Shown here: positions 51,990-63,545 of the stretch, piece after piece
Layout: each line of letters begins with the position of its first letter
Numbering within the stretch: the first letter of the stretch is position 1
Origin: an uncultured Anaerolinea sp.
GTDB taxonomy: Bacteria; Chloroflexota; Anaerolineae; Anaerolineales; Anaerolineaceae
DNA length: 64,000 nt
Direction: 5' to 3'
NCBI GenBank assembly: GCA_964468875.1
Contig: CAYXWV010000011.1
Span: forward strand, 303 to 64,302
Notes under the pieces: generated by a model
What the model saw: only the letters and a program-made list of their open reading frames with translations
The model's database searches: none
What the model was told of the DNA's origin: nothing
Program-made: the position numbers and the translations under genes

Positions 51990-53597
51990 ATGAATATTAT
52001 TTTTTTTCACAAGATAATTACTAAAACAAAGAGTTGGCTCCCGTTTCTTCTACTATTTATTTTTGGGGTCGCATTCTCTTTATTCTTTATTTTTTCCGGA
52101 AAAACAATTGACGAGGGTGACAACTTTTCTGTCGGTTGGTTGTTGTCTGAGGGAAAAATCTTATATAAAGACATTTTCAGCCACCATTTTCCTTTTCCAT
52201 ATTTTTATGTTTCAACTTTTTTCTCACTTTTCACTCCATCCGTTTTTGTCGCAAGATTATCACTGCTTCTATTTGAATTGCTTTCCTTTTTATTACTCTT
52301 CTTTTTAACTAAAAAGTATGTTCAGGTCAGTGTTACTTATTTAATTTGGTGTATTATCGCAAGATTTTTCTTGGGAAACCTTGTTTTGTATTATTCTTTT
52401 TCTGGTATTTCAGTTTTTGTAATTTTTGTTTTGACGATATATTTAGTGAATGGAGATCACCACACTCGAAGGGATAGATTTACTTTTGTTTATGTTGTAG
52501 TTTATTCATTCTATAGTGTAATTTCAATCCTCAGCGATCCCACATCTATATTACCTTTATCAATTTCTTTATTAGGATTACTCTATTTTACAAAGAATAA
52601 TCGGAAAATGGCTTATTTAATAATTACAATCCTTTTGTTTATAATTCCCTTTATTATTTACCTCTTTTCGTATAATGCTATTTCAAATTTTGTAAATAGT
52701 GCTTTAATTTTTAACTATGGGTACTACCTAAACTACAACTCAGGATCTGTAAAAATACTCTCGACTATTCTCACCTTCCTGAAAAATTTCAATCCCTTTA
52801 GTCGTTTATTTTGGTTAGACCCTGGAGGATTACCAAGAAATATTCGAGACGCGGAATATCTTGTTCAATGGTTTTTTGGAGGATTCTATTACCGAATAAT
52901 ATTAATCGTTTTCTCAATAGTGATTGGCAACAAAAGGAATTGGAAATTCACTATTCTGATATTACTGTTCTTCGTTTCCCTTTTTTTTAGAAGTGAGGTT
53001 TTTTTTCATCCTATTGGAATGATATTGATATCAATCTATTGTTCGATTCATTTAATTCCACTTTTATTTAGACATATTTTTAGAACCAAACTATCTCTCA
53101 CCTTTGGTATTATTGTTAAATTTGGTATTTCTAACCTTTGTCTAATTATGATTGTTTTCTATTTTTCTTCAATGACTTTTTTTTCAATTCGTGATTATTT
53201 TTATTCTCCTGATCAAATTCAATATTCCACATACTTTGGACATTATATGGATAAAGCAGTAAGAATTTCCGAACTAACATGTGATAAGGTAGATGTAAAA
53301 ATTGCTTTTTATCCAAGTGATCCTTATATATACTTTTTTTCAAAAAAAGAGCCACTTGAAGGTTTTCTTTTCATGTATCCTTGGATAGTGGAAGTCGCCA
53401 AAGAAAGAATTCTGACATCCATAAGTATTGAAAAACCAACAAATACGTTGATTTTGATTGACAAAGATGGGAGTTTTTGGGGAGCCAAAAATTCAGATTA
53501 CTTATCAGATTACATTAATTATTTAAATACTTATTATTATCAAACTGAAGATGGTTTTTATGTTTCTCCAAATCTACACTCCCTCTGTCCATTTTAG
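51990..53597 (+). CDS. Polytopic membrane protein, possibly a GT-C-fold (ArnT/PMT-like) glycosyltransferase
   Basis: 535 aa with more than 10 hydrophobic segments. A DEGD sequence sits in the first loop (KTIDEGDNFSVGW). The C-terminal domain is soluble. GC content is very low. Confidence 0.4.
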   Translation: MNIIFFHKIITKTKSWLPFLLLFIFGVAFSLFFIFSGKTIDEGDNFSVGWLLSEGKILYKDIFSHHFPFPYFYVSTFFSLFTPSVFVARLSLLLFELLSFLLLFFLTKKYVQVSVTYLIWCIIARFFLGNLVLYYSFSGISVFVIFVLTIYLVNGDHHTRRDRFTFVYVVVYSFYSVISILSDPTSILPLSISLLGLLYFTKNNRKMAYLIITILLFIIPFIIYLFSYNAISNFVNSALIFNYGYYLNYNSGSVKILSTILTFLKNFNPFSRLFWLDPGGLPRNIRDAEYLVQWFFGGFYYRIILIVFSIVIGNKRNWKFTILILLFFVSLFFRSEVFFHPIGMILISIYCSIHLIPLLFRHIFRTKLSLTFGIIVKFGISNLCLIMIVFYFSSMTFFSIRDYFYSPDQIQYSTYFGHYMDKAVRISELTCDKVDVKIAFYPSDPYIYFFSKKEPLEGFLFMYPWIVEVAKERILTSISIEKPTNTLILIDKDGSFWGAKNSDYLSDYINYLNTYYYQTEDGFYVSPNLHSLCPF

Positions 53598-53700
53598 TTT
53601 ATCACAATCGTTTTTTTATACTTTGTTGATATTTCATTAATACAATCTCCATATCAAAATGCTAGAATGAAAAGAATAGTGAAGCAATAAGGAGTGAAAA

Positions 53701-54408
53701 ATGTATCTCGGTGGATATGGACTCTATCTGCTATTCAGCCTGCCAGCCCTTTTATTGGGGTTATGGGCGCAGGCAAAAGTAAAATCTGCCTTTTCCAAGT
53801 ATTCAAAAGTGGGTACCACCACCGGCCTAACCGGTGCGGAAGTTGCCCGGCGCATGCTTGACAGCAATGGACTGCGCAATGTGGGCATTGAAGAAACCAG
53901 CGGCACACTCAGCGACCATTACGATCCATCAAAAAAGGTGCTGCGTTTGAGTTCAGGGGTCTACCGCAGCCCAAGCGTGGCAGCGGCAGGGGTGGCAGCT
54001 CATGAAAGCGGGCACGCCATTCAAGACCTTGAAAAATACGGTCCCCTGAAGATCAGATCACTTATGGTGCCTTCCGTTCAAATTGGAAGCTGGCTGGGGC
54101 CGATTATCTTCATGATTGGCATGTTCATGTCCTCTCAAACCGGCACCACCATCGCGTGGATCGGTCTGGCGTTGTTCACAGCCACCGCAGTCTTTGCCTT
54201 AATCACCCTGCCGGTTGAGATTGATGCCAGCAACCGCGCCAAAGCCTGGCTGGCTGGTTCAGGAATCGTTTATTCCGCAGAAAATGAAGGTGTAAGCAAG
54301 GTGCTGGATGCCGCCGCTTGGACTTACGTTGCCGGCGCCGCGCAGGCTGTGAGCACAGTTCTTTATTATGCGTTTCTTTTGATGGGAAGGTCTTCAAGAA
54401 GAGACTAA
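53701..54408 (+). CDS. YugP-like membrane zinc metallopeptidase (PF04298-type)
   Basis: LSDHYDPSKKVLRLS and AAHESGHAIQ (HExxH), with flanking TM segments. Confidence 0.8.
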   Translation: MYLGGYGLYLLFSLPALLLGLWAQAKVKSAFSKYSKVGTTTGLTGAEVARRMLDSNGLRNVGIEETSGTLSDHYDPSKKVLRLSSGVYRSPSVAAAGVAAHESGHAIQDLEKYGPLKIRSLMVPSVQIGSWLGPIIFMIGMFMSSQTGTTIAWIGLALFTATAVFALITLPVEIDASNRAKAWLAGSGIVYSAENEGVSKVLDAAAWTYVAGAAQAVSTVLYYAFLLMGRSSRRD

Positions 54409-54433
54409 AGCATGAAAGACCATGATTAAACGA

Positions 54434-54469
54434 ATCTCCGGAAGTATGATTTCTTCCGGAGATTTTTTT
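54434..54469 (+). terminator. Rho-independent terminator (also usable for convergent mreB)
   Basis: ATCTCCGGAAG-TATGATTT-CTTCCGGAGAT, an 11-bp stem followed by T7. The T-run overlaps the mreB stop codon. Confidence 0.7.
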
Positions 54470-55475
54470 AAGAGGTTGCCAGACTGCGTTTAAGCAGGTC
54501 TTTCATTTCGAAAGCTTTAACCGCCCCTTCGACCGTGCAGGTTAACGGATTATCCACCATGTACACGGGGATGCCAATGGAACGCGTCAGGAACTTATCA
54601 ATTCCTCTCAGCAAAGAACCGCCGCCGCACAAAGCGCCGCCCCGGTCTATAATGTCAGAGACCAGTTCAGGGGGCGTTTTTTCAAGCACCCGCCGAATGA
54701 CTTTCACCAGGTCGGTCAAGGGTTCCTGCACGGCTTCCACGATATCATCCGTGGTCAGCACAACAGGACGAGGCAGGCTGGTGACCTGATCCTGCCCCTG
54801 CACCTCGATGGAAAGCTGTTGATCTTGCGGGATGGCAGCACCGACAGTGATTTTGGCATGTTCAGCGGTTGCCGGACCGATAATAATTCCAAAGCGTTTG
54901 CGAACATAATTAACGATGGCTTCGTCAAGGTCCATGCCGCCAGTTCTGGCGGCTTCACCTGAGACAATGCCGTTCAGGCTGACAATTGCCACCTGGTTGA
55001 CCCCGCCCCCCAGGCAAATAACCATGTTTCCTGATGGGGTTCCAATCGGCAGGTCTACGCCCAGCGCCGCAGCCAGAGGCTGAGGCACAAGATATACTTC
55101 GCGGCTTCCGGCGCCAATGCCTGCTTCGTGCACCGCGCGGCCTTCCACGCTGGTGACGCCGTATGGAATGGTGATCATCATTCTGGGCCTGAACATACGC
55201 ATGGGGCCGACCACTTTCTTGGTCAGATATGCCAAAAGTGTCTCGGTGATCTCATATTCAGCAATCACGCCATGCCTTAACGGTCTGACAACTTCAATGC
55301 TGTCTGGCACACGGCCTTCCATGTTCTTGGCGGCTTGCCCCCATTCGACCATTTTGTCTTCATCTATTACGATGGCAACCATGGTAGGTTCTTGTAACAG
55401 AATCTGATTTCCCTCAGCGAATATCGTATTTGTGGTACCTAGGTCAATGCCTAAATCCCTGGTTAATCCTGGCAT
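54468..55475 (-). CDS. mreB: Rod-shape-determining actin homologue MreB
   Basis: DLGIDLGTTNT phosphate-1 motif and an overall MreB pattern (VVRPLRHGVIAEYE, GGGVNQVAIVSL). Confidence 0.93.
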   Translation of the reverse strand: MPGLTRDLGIDLGTTNTIFAEGNQILLQEPTMVAIVIDEDKMVEWGQAAKNMEGRVPDSIEVVRPLRHGVIAEYEITETLLAYLTKKVVGPMRMFRPRMMITIPYGVTSVEGRAVHEAGIGAGSREVYLVPQPLAAALGVDLPIGTPSGNMVICLGGGVNQVAIVSLNGIVSGEAARTGGMDLDEAIVNYVRKRFGIIIGPATAEHAKITVGAAIPQDQQLSIEVQGQDQVTSLPRPVVLTTDDIVEAVQEPLTDLVKVIRRVLEKTPPELVSDIIDRGGALCGGGSLLRGIDKFLTRSIGIPVYMVDNPLTCTVEGAVKAFEMKDLLKRSLATS

Positions 55476-55489
55476 GCTTTGTTTTTTCC

Positions 55490-55924
55490 TTAATGTAATT
55501 CTTTATTCTTGAAATCGGCTCTATATTTATTGACAGCTTGCAACCGTAAATTTGAACGTTTTAATGCAGACAGCATCACCATGTAACGGTCTTTATCAAC
55601 CTGCTGAACTTCTTTCAGGCGTTCTTCAGCCCTTTGTCTGGCAAGGGAGGCTCTCTCAACGTCAATTTCTTCCACGTTTTCAGCCGCGTCAGCCAGCACG
55701 GTTACCTGATCGGGCTGCACTTCTGCTACGCCGCCAGCGACAGTGAAATGTTCTTCCCGGCCGCCTCGCTTTACCGTGATGATGCCATAATTGAGCACTG
55801 TCAACACCGGCGAATGATGCGGCAAGATTCCCATTTCACCAGCAGCTCCTGGCAAATCTACCATATCCACGTCACCCTGATAAACAATCCGGTCTTGTGA
55901 GACAATTTCGCATCTGATGGTCAT
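55490..55924 (-). CDS. atpC: F1 ATP synthase epsilon subunit
   Basis: 144 aa. The N-terminal beta-sandwich IVSQDRIVYQGDVDMVDLPGAAGEMGILPHHSPVLT is present. It lies downstream of atpD. Confidence 0.9.
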   Translation of the reverse strand: MTIRCEIVSQDRIVYQGDVDMVDLPGAAGEMGILPHHSPVLTVLNYGIITVKRGGREEHFTVAGGVAEVQPDQVTVLADAAENVEEIDVERASLARQRAEERLKEVQQVDKDRYMVMLSALKRSNLRLQAVNKYRADFKNKELH

Positions 55925-55934
55925 TTAAACCTCA

Positions 55935-57350
<1,416 letters not shown>

Positions 57351-57363
57351 TCACGTGTAAAGA

Positions 57364-58248
57364 TTAATTTCCAGTTTGCGCGGATGCCCCGCCCACGATA
57401 TCCAACATGTCATTGGTGATACCCTGCTGACGAGCTTTGTTATATTCCAATTGCAGTACACTGCTCAGTTCATTGGCATTTTCAGTGGCGTTTGACATCG
57501 CAATCATTCTTGCAGCGTGTTCAGATGCCTGTGAAGATAACACCGCCTGATATATCTGCATGGCAGTGAACCGTGGAATGATTTCATCCAGCAGTTCTTT
57601 TTGGTCAGGTTCATAACTGAATACAGAATTACCGATACTATGCGTGGCATTCGGTCCCTTGCCAGTGAAGTCAACTTCAAGGGGTAGAATTTTTCTGATA
57701 ACCGTGTTTTGCTTCGACATTGAGACGAATTCAGTATACGAAAGGAAAAACTGATCGTATTCCTGATTCAAAAAATCATCAACCACAAGTCGACCAATAG
57801 GAGAGATTTCAAGAAAGGTAGCCGGGTTGGATAAGTCTGTGAATTCAGCAATCACTCTTGCCTGCCGCCGAAGTAACAAGTCACGACCCTTTTTTCCGAC
57901 GCAGACGTAATCGACTGGTTGAGAAAACTCGTCAAAGGTCATTAAAGTATTTCGTAAAATGTTGACGTTATAAGATCCTGCCAACCCACGATCACCAGAG
58001 ATCATAATCACCATCACTTTGCGCACACTCGGACGCTCTCGTAATAGTGGATGCAGATTGTTGTGTCCGGGTTGTCTAGCGAGGTGAAGCAATACCTTCC
58101 AGGCTTTTTCTGAATAGGCTTTTGATGCCTGGTTGGCTTGAACAGCTTTTCTCACCTTGCTGGCGCTGACAGTTTCGAGCGCACGGGTAACCTGCGCCAA
58201 AGACTTGACGCTTTTGATTCTTAACCGCATTTCGCGTATGGATGCCAT
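57364..58248 (-). CDS. atpG: F1 ATP synthase gamma subunit
   Basis: The N-terminus IREMRLRIKSVKSLAQVTRALETVSASK and the C-terminus LQLEYNKARQQGITNDMLDIVGG are canonical. Confidence 0.93.
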   Translation of the reverse strand: MASIREMRLRIKSVKSLAQVTRALETVSASKVRKAVQANQASKAYSEKAWKVLLHLARQPGHNNLHPLLRERPSVRKVMVIMISGDRGLAGSYNVNILRNTLMTFDEFSQPVDYVCVGKKGRDLLLRRQARVIAEFTDLSNPATFLEISPIGRLVVDDFLNQEYDQFFLSYTEFVSMSKQNTVIRKILPLEVDFTGKGPNATHSIGNSVFSYEPDQKELLDEIIPRFTAMQIYQAVLSSQASEHAARMIAMSNATENANELSSVLQLEYNKARQQGITNDMLDIVGGASAQTGN

Positions 58249-58266
58249 ATCTTGGTTATCCTCGGC

Positions 58267-59928
58267 TTACTTCCATGAAGCGGTGAACATTTCCATAGCC
58301 TTTTTCAAGGTCTCTTCAGTTTCGGTGGTGATGCGTTTTTCTTGTGCGATGGATTTTTTTACAGCCGGGAAAGAAGTATCAAAGAAACGCTGTAATTCAA
58401 CCTGCCAGTCTTTGATTCGATCGAGGGCAACTGAATCTGCGTAACCATTAGTGCCAGCATACAAAACGATCACTTGATCTTCGAGAGGGACAGGCTGATA
58501 TTGCGGCTGTTTCAAAATTTCCTGCAATCTTAAGCCGCGATTCAATTGACTTAAGGTGGCTTTATCCAGATCGGAGCCGAATTGGGCGAATGAAGCCAAT
58601 TCTCTGAAGCTGGCCATATCAAGGCGAAGACGGCCGGCCACCTGCTTCATGGCTTTCGTTTGAGCAGAACCACCTACGCGGGAAACTGAAATGCCCACGT
58701 TAACTGCCGGGCGAATGCCTGCGTTAAAAAGGTTCCCTTCCAGGTATATCTGCCCATCGGTGATCGAAATCACGTTGGTCGGAATGTAAGCCGAGACATC
58801 ACCCAGCAGTGTCTCAATGATGGGCAGTGCGGTTAAGGAACCTCCGCTGCCTTTCACCTTTACGATCTTCTTTTTGTCTTGATCGGTAAGAGTTTTCAAT
58901 TTCTCTTTTGCATCATACATTGACATTGGACCCTTGAAAATTTCTTCGGGTTTTAGTGTGTCAGGATCAACCATTTCCTGATCAAAAGATGCGTCCACAA
59001 TGGCAAATTCATTCGCCAGGGCTGCGGCTCGTTCAAGCAGTCTGGAATGCAGATAGAACACATCGCCGGGGTAGGCTTCACGACCGGGCGGACGTCTCAG
59101 CAGTAAGGATAACGCACGATAAGCCCACGCGTGTTTTGACAGATCATCATAAACCACCAGCGCGTCATATCCGCGCTGCATAAAATCTTCACCAATGGCA
59201 CAGCCTGCGTATGGCGCAATGTAGAGCATGGCTGCAGATTCATCTGCTGAAGCTGAGACCACGATGGTGTGATCCATGGCGCCGTGGCGTTCCAGCAGGG
59301 CAACAGTTCGCGCGATGGCAGCTTTTTTTTGCCCGATTGCAACATAAATACAGATCAGGTTCTTACCCTTTTGATTAATGATCGTATCAATTGCAATGGC
59401 AGTCTTGCCTGTTTGGCGGTCACCAATGATTAACTCTCGTTGACCGCGACCCACGGGAATCATGGCGTCAATGGATTTGATACCAGTTTGTACGGGGCTG
59501 TCAACATCTTTTCGATCAATCACGCCAGGAGCGATTTTTTCAAGAGGCTGATAACGGGAGGTCTTGATTTCGCCTTTTCCATCGATAGGCTCGCCGAGGG
59601 CATTCACCACCCGTCCGATCAGTTTTTCACCAACAGGAACGGAAGCAATACGCCCGGTGGTCTCGACTTTCATTCCCTCATAGACGGAAGCATAATCGCC
59701 CAGAATAATGATACCAACTCGTTCTTTCTCCAGGTTAAAAGCAATTCCCATGGTGCCATTTTCAAAACGAACCAATTCTTGAGAACGAACATCGGTCAAC
59801 CCTTCAACTTGGGCAATGCCATCACCTGCTTCAAAAACAGTGCCAATATTTCTGATCTGGTACTGATTTTCAAATGTACCAATTTTGTTGGATAAACTAT
59901 CGGTGAATTGTTGAAGAGTTTCGGCCAT
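58267..59928 (-). CDS. atpA: F1 ATP synthase alpha subunit with an internal insertion
   Basis: Start taken at the ATG at 59928 with [17 protein letters not shown] Walker A is present. About 60 aa separate LLERAA from GSLTALP. Confidence 0.95.
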   Translation of the reverse strand: MAETLQQFTDSLSNKIGTFENQYQIRNIGTVFEAGDGIAQVEGLTDVRSQELVRFENGTMGIAFNLEKERVGIIILGDYASVYEGMKVETTGRIASVPVGEKLIGRVVNALGEPIDGKGEIKTSRYQPLEKIAPGVIDRKDVDSPVQTGIKSIDAMIPVGRGQRELIIGDRQTGKTAIAIDTIINQKGKNLICIYVAIGQKKAAIARTVALLERHGAMDHTIVVSASADESAAMLYIAPYAGCAIGEDFMQRGYDALVVYDDLSKHAWAYRALSLLLRRPPGREAYPGDVFYLHSRLLERAAALANEFAIVDASFDQEMVDPDTLKPEEIFKGPMSMYDAKEKLKTLTDQDKKKIVKVKGSGGSLTALPIIETLLGDVSAYIPTNVISITDGQIYLEGNLFNAGIRPAVNVGISVSRVGGSAQTKAMKQVAGRLRLDMASFRELASFAQFGSDLDKATLSQLNRGLRLQEILKQPQYQPVPLEDQVIVLYAGTNGYADSVALDRIKDWQVELQRFFDTSFPAVKKSIAQEKRITTETEETLKKAMEMFTASWK

Positions 59929-60020
59929 TAATCCTCCATTAACAAACAATTGTTAATAATTCTTGAAAACTAATTTTACTTCATTCCGTCATTTAACGCG
60001 TATTATTCCGGTTAGCTTGT

Positions 60021-60593
60021 TTATGAAAAATATTGCAGCGCCAAACGGATGCGTGTTTCAAGATCATCAGGTGCGTCTTTCGGAATCATTTGCAGTGCGG
60101 ACTGAGCTTCAACAACGCTGTAACCGAGGCTGGTTAACGCAGAAATAACATCTCCATCAACATCTTTCATAATCACATTTGCAGCAACTGACCCCTTTTG
60201 AACCTTGCCCTGCAATTGTAGAATGATGCTCTGGGCTGTTTTCTTTCCGACACCTGAAACCCGGCTGAACACGTCAGCCTTTTCCTGAATCACCGCGTTG
60301 ATGATGATATCCAGCGACAAGGTTGAAAGGATTGCCAGCGCCGTTCTGGGTCCCACGCCGCTGGTTGCCAGCAACATTGTGAACATTTCACGTTCGTCAA
60401 CGGATTCGAAGCCAAAAAGGGTTAAGGCATCTTCTCTAACGACCAAATATGTGTGCAGTGCGAGGATTTTGTGCATTTCGGCAGTGCGCAGCACGTTTGC
60501 GGGGACAAACACCTTAAACCCAATGCCTGAAACATTAATGACTACGCTGTCATCATCAATATGCAGTACATTTCCTTCAATTGAAGCGATCAT
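60021..60593 (-). CDS. ruvA: Holliday junction helicase subunit RuvA
   Basis: MIASIEGNV...GIGFKVFVP OB-fold region and HhH motifs (LLATSGVGPRTALAIL; RVSGVGKKTAQSII). Confidence 0.92.
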   Translation of the reverse strand: MIASIEGNVLHIDDDSVVINVSGIGFKVFVPANVLRTAEMHKILALHTYLVVREDALTLFGFESVDEREMFTMLLATSGVGPRTALAILSTLSLDIIINAVIQEKADVFSRVSGVGKKTAQSIILQLQGKVQKGSVAANVIMKDVDGDVISALTSLGYSVVEAQSALQMIPKDAPDDLETRIRLALQYFS

Positions 60594-60601
60594 GTTAACC
60601 C

Positions 60602-61402
60602 CTATCGGTGAATAAGTTCAAGCTGAGAAGCAATCTGATAGAGCACAATTGATGAAGCCACAGCCAGATTTAATGAGTCTGCAGATCCCATCATTGGAAT
60701 GGATACCATTGAATCGCAAATTTCGGTCAATTCTTGAGGAAGCCCTTCCCTTTCACTACCCATTAATAAAACCATGTTTGGTTGATAGGCGCAAGCCCGA
60801 AAATCCATTTTGGCTGTATCTGAAGTACCGATGGTTTTAACCCTGCTCTTCTTTATCCATGAAACAAATTCATTAACTGTCAGTTTAACCAGCTTCTTGC
60901 TGAATATTGTGCCCATGCTGGCTCGAATGGCAGATGGATCGAACGGATCAGTACAGTGATCCAGAAGAATAACACCTTTCCCGCTCATGCCGTCCAGTGT
61001 TCGTAGTATGGTTCCCAGGTTGCCGGGGTCAGCCACCTGGTAGAGCGCAATCCAAACACCCTGACTTAACACTGTGATATCGTTTGCGTCGAGCCATTTT
61101 TGCCTTGCCACAGCCGCCAGCCCTTGAGGTCCATCCTTGCCAGAAATGGATTCAAACACCTCTTTAGAAACTTCAAGAATCGGAATGCCTTTTTTTGAGG
61201 CGTTGCTTACTTCTTCAATCGCTTTTGGATTATCCAACAAGTCAGGGGCGACGATCAACTCCGCAACAGAATCGGTCGTACCCAGCGCTTCGATTACAAT
61301 CCGGATACCTTCCAGGAAGAATAAACCGGTTTCGGTTCGAAACTTTTTATCCTTCAGTTTTCGGATTTCTTTTATTTTGGCGTTTGAAGTGCTGGTTATC
61401 AT
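60602..61402 (-). CDS. TrmH/SpoU-family RNA 2'-O-methyltransferase
   Basis: The N-terminal substrate-binding domain is followed by SPOUT motifs DPGNLGTILRT, LLMGSEREGL and IPMMGSADSLNLAVASSIVLYQ. Confidence 0.85.
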   Translation of the reverse strand: MITSTSNAKIKEIRKLKDKKFRTETGLFFLEGIRIVIEALGTTDSVAELIVAPDLLDNPKAIEEVSNASKKGIPILEVSKEVFESISGKDGPQGLAAVARQKWLDANDITVLSQGVWIALYQVADPGNLGTILRTLDGMSGKGVILLDHCTDPFDPSAIRASMGTIFSKKLVKLTVNEFVSWIKKSRVKTIGTSDTAKMDFRACAYQPNMVLLMGSEREGLPQELTEICDSMVSIPMMGSADSLNLAVASSIVLYQIASQLELIHR

Positions 61403-61409
61403 GACCAGA

Positions 61410-61904
61410 TTAACCCTTTATGGCGTTGCGATACCCAATCGCATGCAAATGACAGATGGCAATCGCCAGGGCATCCGCCGCATCATCCGGTTTTGGGATT
61501 TCTTCCAGATCCAACATGGTTTTCACCATAATCTGAATCTGCTTTTTATCGGCTGCGCCGTAACCGGTCACAGCTTGCTTAACTTCCTGTGGAGAATACT
61601 CCATTATTTCGATTCCGGCATTGACCATGGCGAGCAAGATCACTCCCCGTGCTTGTCCAACGGCAATGGCATTGGTGACATTGCGCTGAAAAAAAAGCTT
61701 CTCCACCGCACCTGTAACAGGACGGTGGAGAGCGATCAGTTCTTTCATTTCATTGTAAATTATCTGAAGTCGTTGTTCCGGGGTTAATGTACGACTGGTT
61801 TTAATGACACCATATTGAATGGGATGCAGGTTTCCTTTTTCATCTTCATCAACAAACGCAAACCCAGTCGTCTCTGTACCCGGATCAACACCCAAAGCCA
61901 GCAT
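61410..61904 (-). CDS. ruvC: Holliday junction resolvase RuvC
   Basis: LALGVDPGTETTGFAFV, VEKLFFQRN and the C-terminal DAADALAIAICH. Confidence 0.92.
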   Translation of the reverse strand: MLALGVDPGTETTGFAFVDEDEKGNLHPIQYGVIKTSRTLTPEQRLQIIYNEMKELIALHRPVTGAVEKLFFQRNVTNAIAVGQARGVILLAMVNAGIEIMEYSPQEVKQAVTGYGAADKKQIQIMVKTMLDLEEIPKPDDAADALAIAICHLHAIGYRNAIKG

Positions 61905-61909
61905 GAAGG

Positions 61910-62665
61910 CTACTCAGACTCGAGTGCCGCCATTGCCGCTTCAGAAATCTTGAGATTGGAATACACATTCTGAACATCATCCAACTCTTCAAGACCTTCA
62001 ATGGTGCGAACGACCTGCAACGTGTCTTCGACACCCAATTCCATTTCGGTGTTGGGGAGCATGCTCAACCCGGCTTCATCCGGAAGCATATTTGCGGCTC
62101 TAAAACGATCGCTCAGGGTTTTGAATGATTCCACCGGAGCGACCACATTAATTTCACCATCGTCTTCAGTGACGTCATCTGCGCCACCTTCAACTGCCAG
62201 TTCAAATACTTTTTCGAAATCGTACTTGGAGGCATCAAACGAGAAAGTAGCTGCGCGTTTAAACTGCCAACTCACTGAACCCAGTTCTCCCATGTTGCCG
62301 CCTGAACGAGTTAACAAATGACGAACTTCTGCAACGGTTCTATTTCTGTTTTCAGTAACGCATTCGATGATCACTGCAATTCCATTCGGGGCATATCCTT
62401 CGTACATTACTTCTTCGTAGACTTCGCCTTCTTTGCCTTCACCAGTGGCACGTTTGATCGCGCGATCAATGTTTTCTTTGGGCATGCTTTGAGCCCTGGC
62501 TTTATCAACGGCTAACCGCAACCTGAAGTTGCTATCTGGGTCAGCCCCACCTTCTCTGGCAGACATTACGATTTCACGAGTCAGTCTGGTAAACAACTGA
62601 CCTCTTTTGGCGTCAGCTGCGCCTTTCTTTCTTTTAATAGTTGCCCATTTGGAATGCCCGGACAT
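61910..62665 (-). CDS. yebC: YebC/PmpR-family transcriptional regulator
   Basis: MSGHSKWATIKRKKGAADAKRGQLFTRL is the canonical N-terminus. Confidence 0.93.
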   Translation of the reverse strand: MSGHSKWATIKRKKGAADAKRGQLFTRLTREIVMSAREGGADPDSNFRLRLAVDKARAQSMPKENIDRAIKRATGEGKEGEVYEEVMYEGYAPNGIAVIIECVTENRNRTVAEVRHLLTRSGGNMGELGSVSWQFKRAATFSFDASKYDFEKVFELAVEGGADDVTEDDGEINVVAPVESFKTLSDRFRAANMLPDEAGLSMLPNTEMELGVEDTLQVVRTIEGLEELDDVQNVYSNLKISEAAMAALESE

Positions 62666-62736
62666 ATATTCTCCTTAAGAGATACAGTTTAGAATAATTT
62701 TGCATTATACCATGTAATAATTCGCCATATAACTTT

Positions 62737-63477
62737 TTATTGATAGGGCCTTGCAACAATAATAAGCCGATGTGTATTTGATTTTTGAGGCCAACAGGTT
62801 ACCAGAGTCAATCTTTCATCATCCGTTTCACCCAGCCACTCAGCATTTGCTGTTCTTACATCGACAGGTTGCCCTTTTTCCAACAAGATCATTTTGTTTG
62901 CAACAATATAGGGGTACTTCTTCCCTTTTGTATAAATATAAATCATATCGCCAGATTCAAGGTTAACCAGTTTTCCAAAAACTTTTCCAAACTCATTGTG
63001 GTGACCGTTAATCACGGTGTTTCCGAATTGACCGATTAAGGCAGAATTAGGATGCCAGGCAGCGGCAAATTCTGAGGGGGCGATCCATTGCCCGAAGGTT
63101 TCTCCCTCAAGATCAGTGAAATTGAAATCGGCAATCTTAATCGGCGCGATCAGTTCGATGGATGGAATTTCAATCTTGTCTGGGATTAATGGCACTTCAA
63201 GAAGGCGATTAATTTGAGGATGGATGAAATAAGAAACCTGTTCCACCGAATTGCGTAAAAATGAGTTTCTTGTAAGTTCTGTTTCCTGTTCAACGCTGTC
63301 TGGAATTTCAGTTAGCTGCTCAACGCTTTGAATCTTTTGTACAAATCGAAAGGCACCGGTTTCAATAGATTGCTTTTCTAGCATTGTTAAAACATTACCA
63401 CCCAATCCAAACACCATAAGCAGAACTCCCAACCCGAAATAGAGCAGATTCCGTTTTTCGCCAATTTTTTGCATCAT
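62737..63477 (-). CDS. Sortase-family transpeptidase
   Basis: N-terminal TM anchor, catalytic His (TVINGHHN), TLVTCWP (TLxTC Cys) and RLIIVARP (Arg). Confidence 0.85.
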   Translation of the reverse strand: MMQKIGEKRNLLYFGLGVLLMVFGLGGNVLTMLEKQSIETGAFRFVQKIQSVEQLTEIPDSVEQETELTRNSFLRNSVEQVSYFIHPQINRLLEVPLIPDKIEIPSIELIAPIKIADFNFTDLEGETFGQWIAPSEFAAAWHPNSALIGQFGNTVINGHHNEFGKVFGKLVNLESGDMIYIYTKGKKYPYIVANKMILLEKGQPVDVRTANAEWLGETDDERLTLVTCWPQKSNTHRLIIVARPYQ

Positions 63478-63495
63478 GTTTTCGATAGAAATTAA

Positions 63496-63528
63496 TCTCG
63501 GGCACGTTTCACAGAAACGTACCCGAGA
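63496..63528 (-). terminator. Hairpin after the surface-protein gene (weak terminator)
   Basis: TCTCGGGCACGTTTC-ACA-GAAACGTACCCGAGA (15 positions, one mismatch). On the minus strand it is followed by ATTAATTTCTAT. Confidence 0.35.
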
Positions 63529-63545
63529 ATCCTTTTCTCAAAATC

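Noticed and set aside
51737-51991. 84-aa minus-strand ORF
   Set aside because: It runs antisense through the tRNA-Arg gene and its flanks, and the tRNA cloverleaf explains the region.
61137-61787. 216-aa plus-strand ORF spanning the trmH-like and ruvC genes
   Set aside because: It lies antisense to two genes with clear catalytic motifs and crosses their intergenic junction, so it is a shadow ORF.
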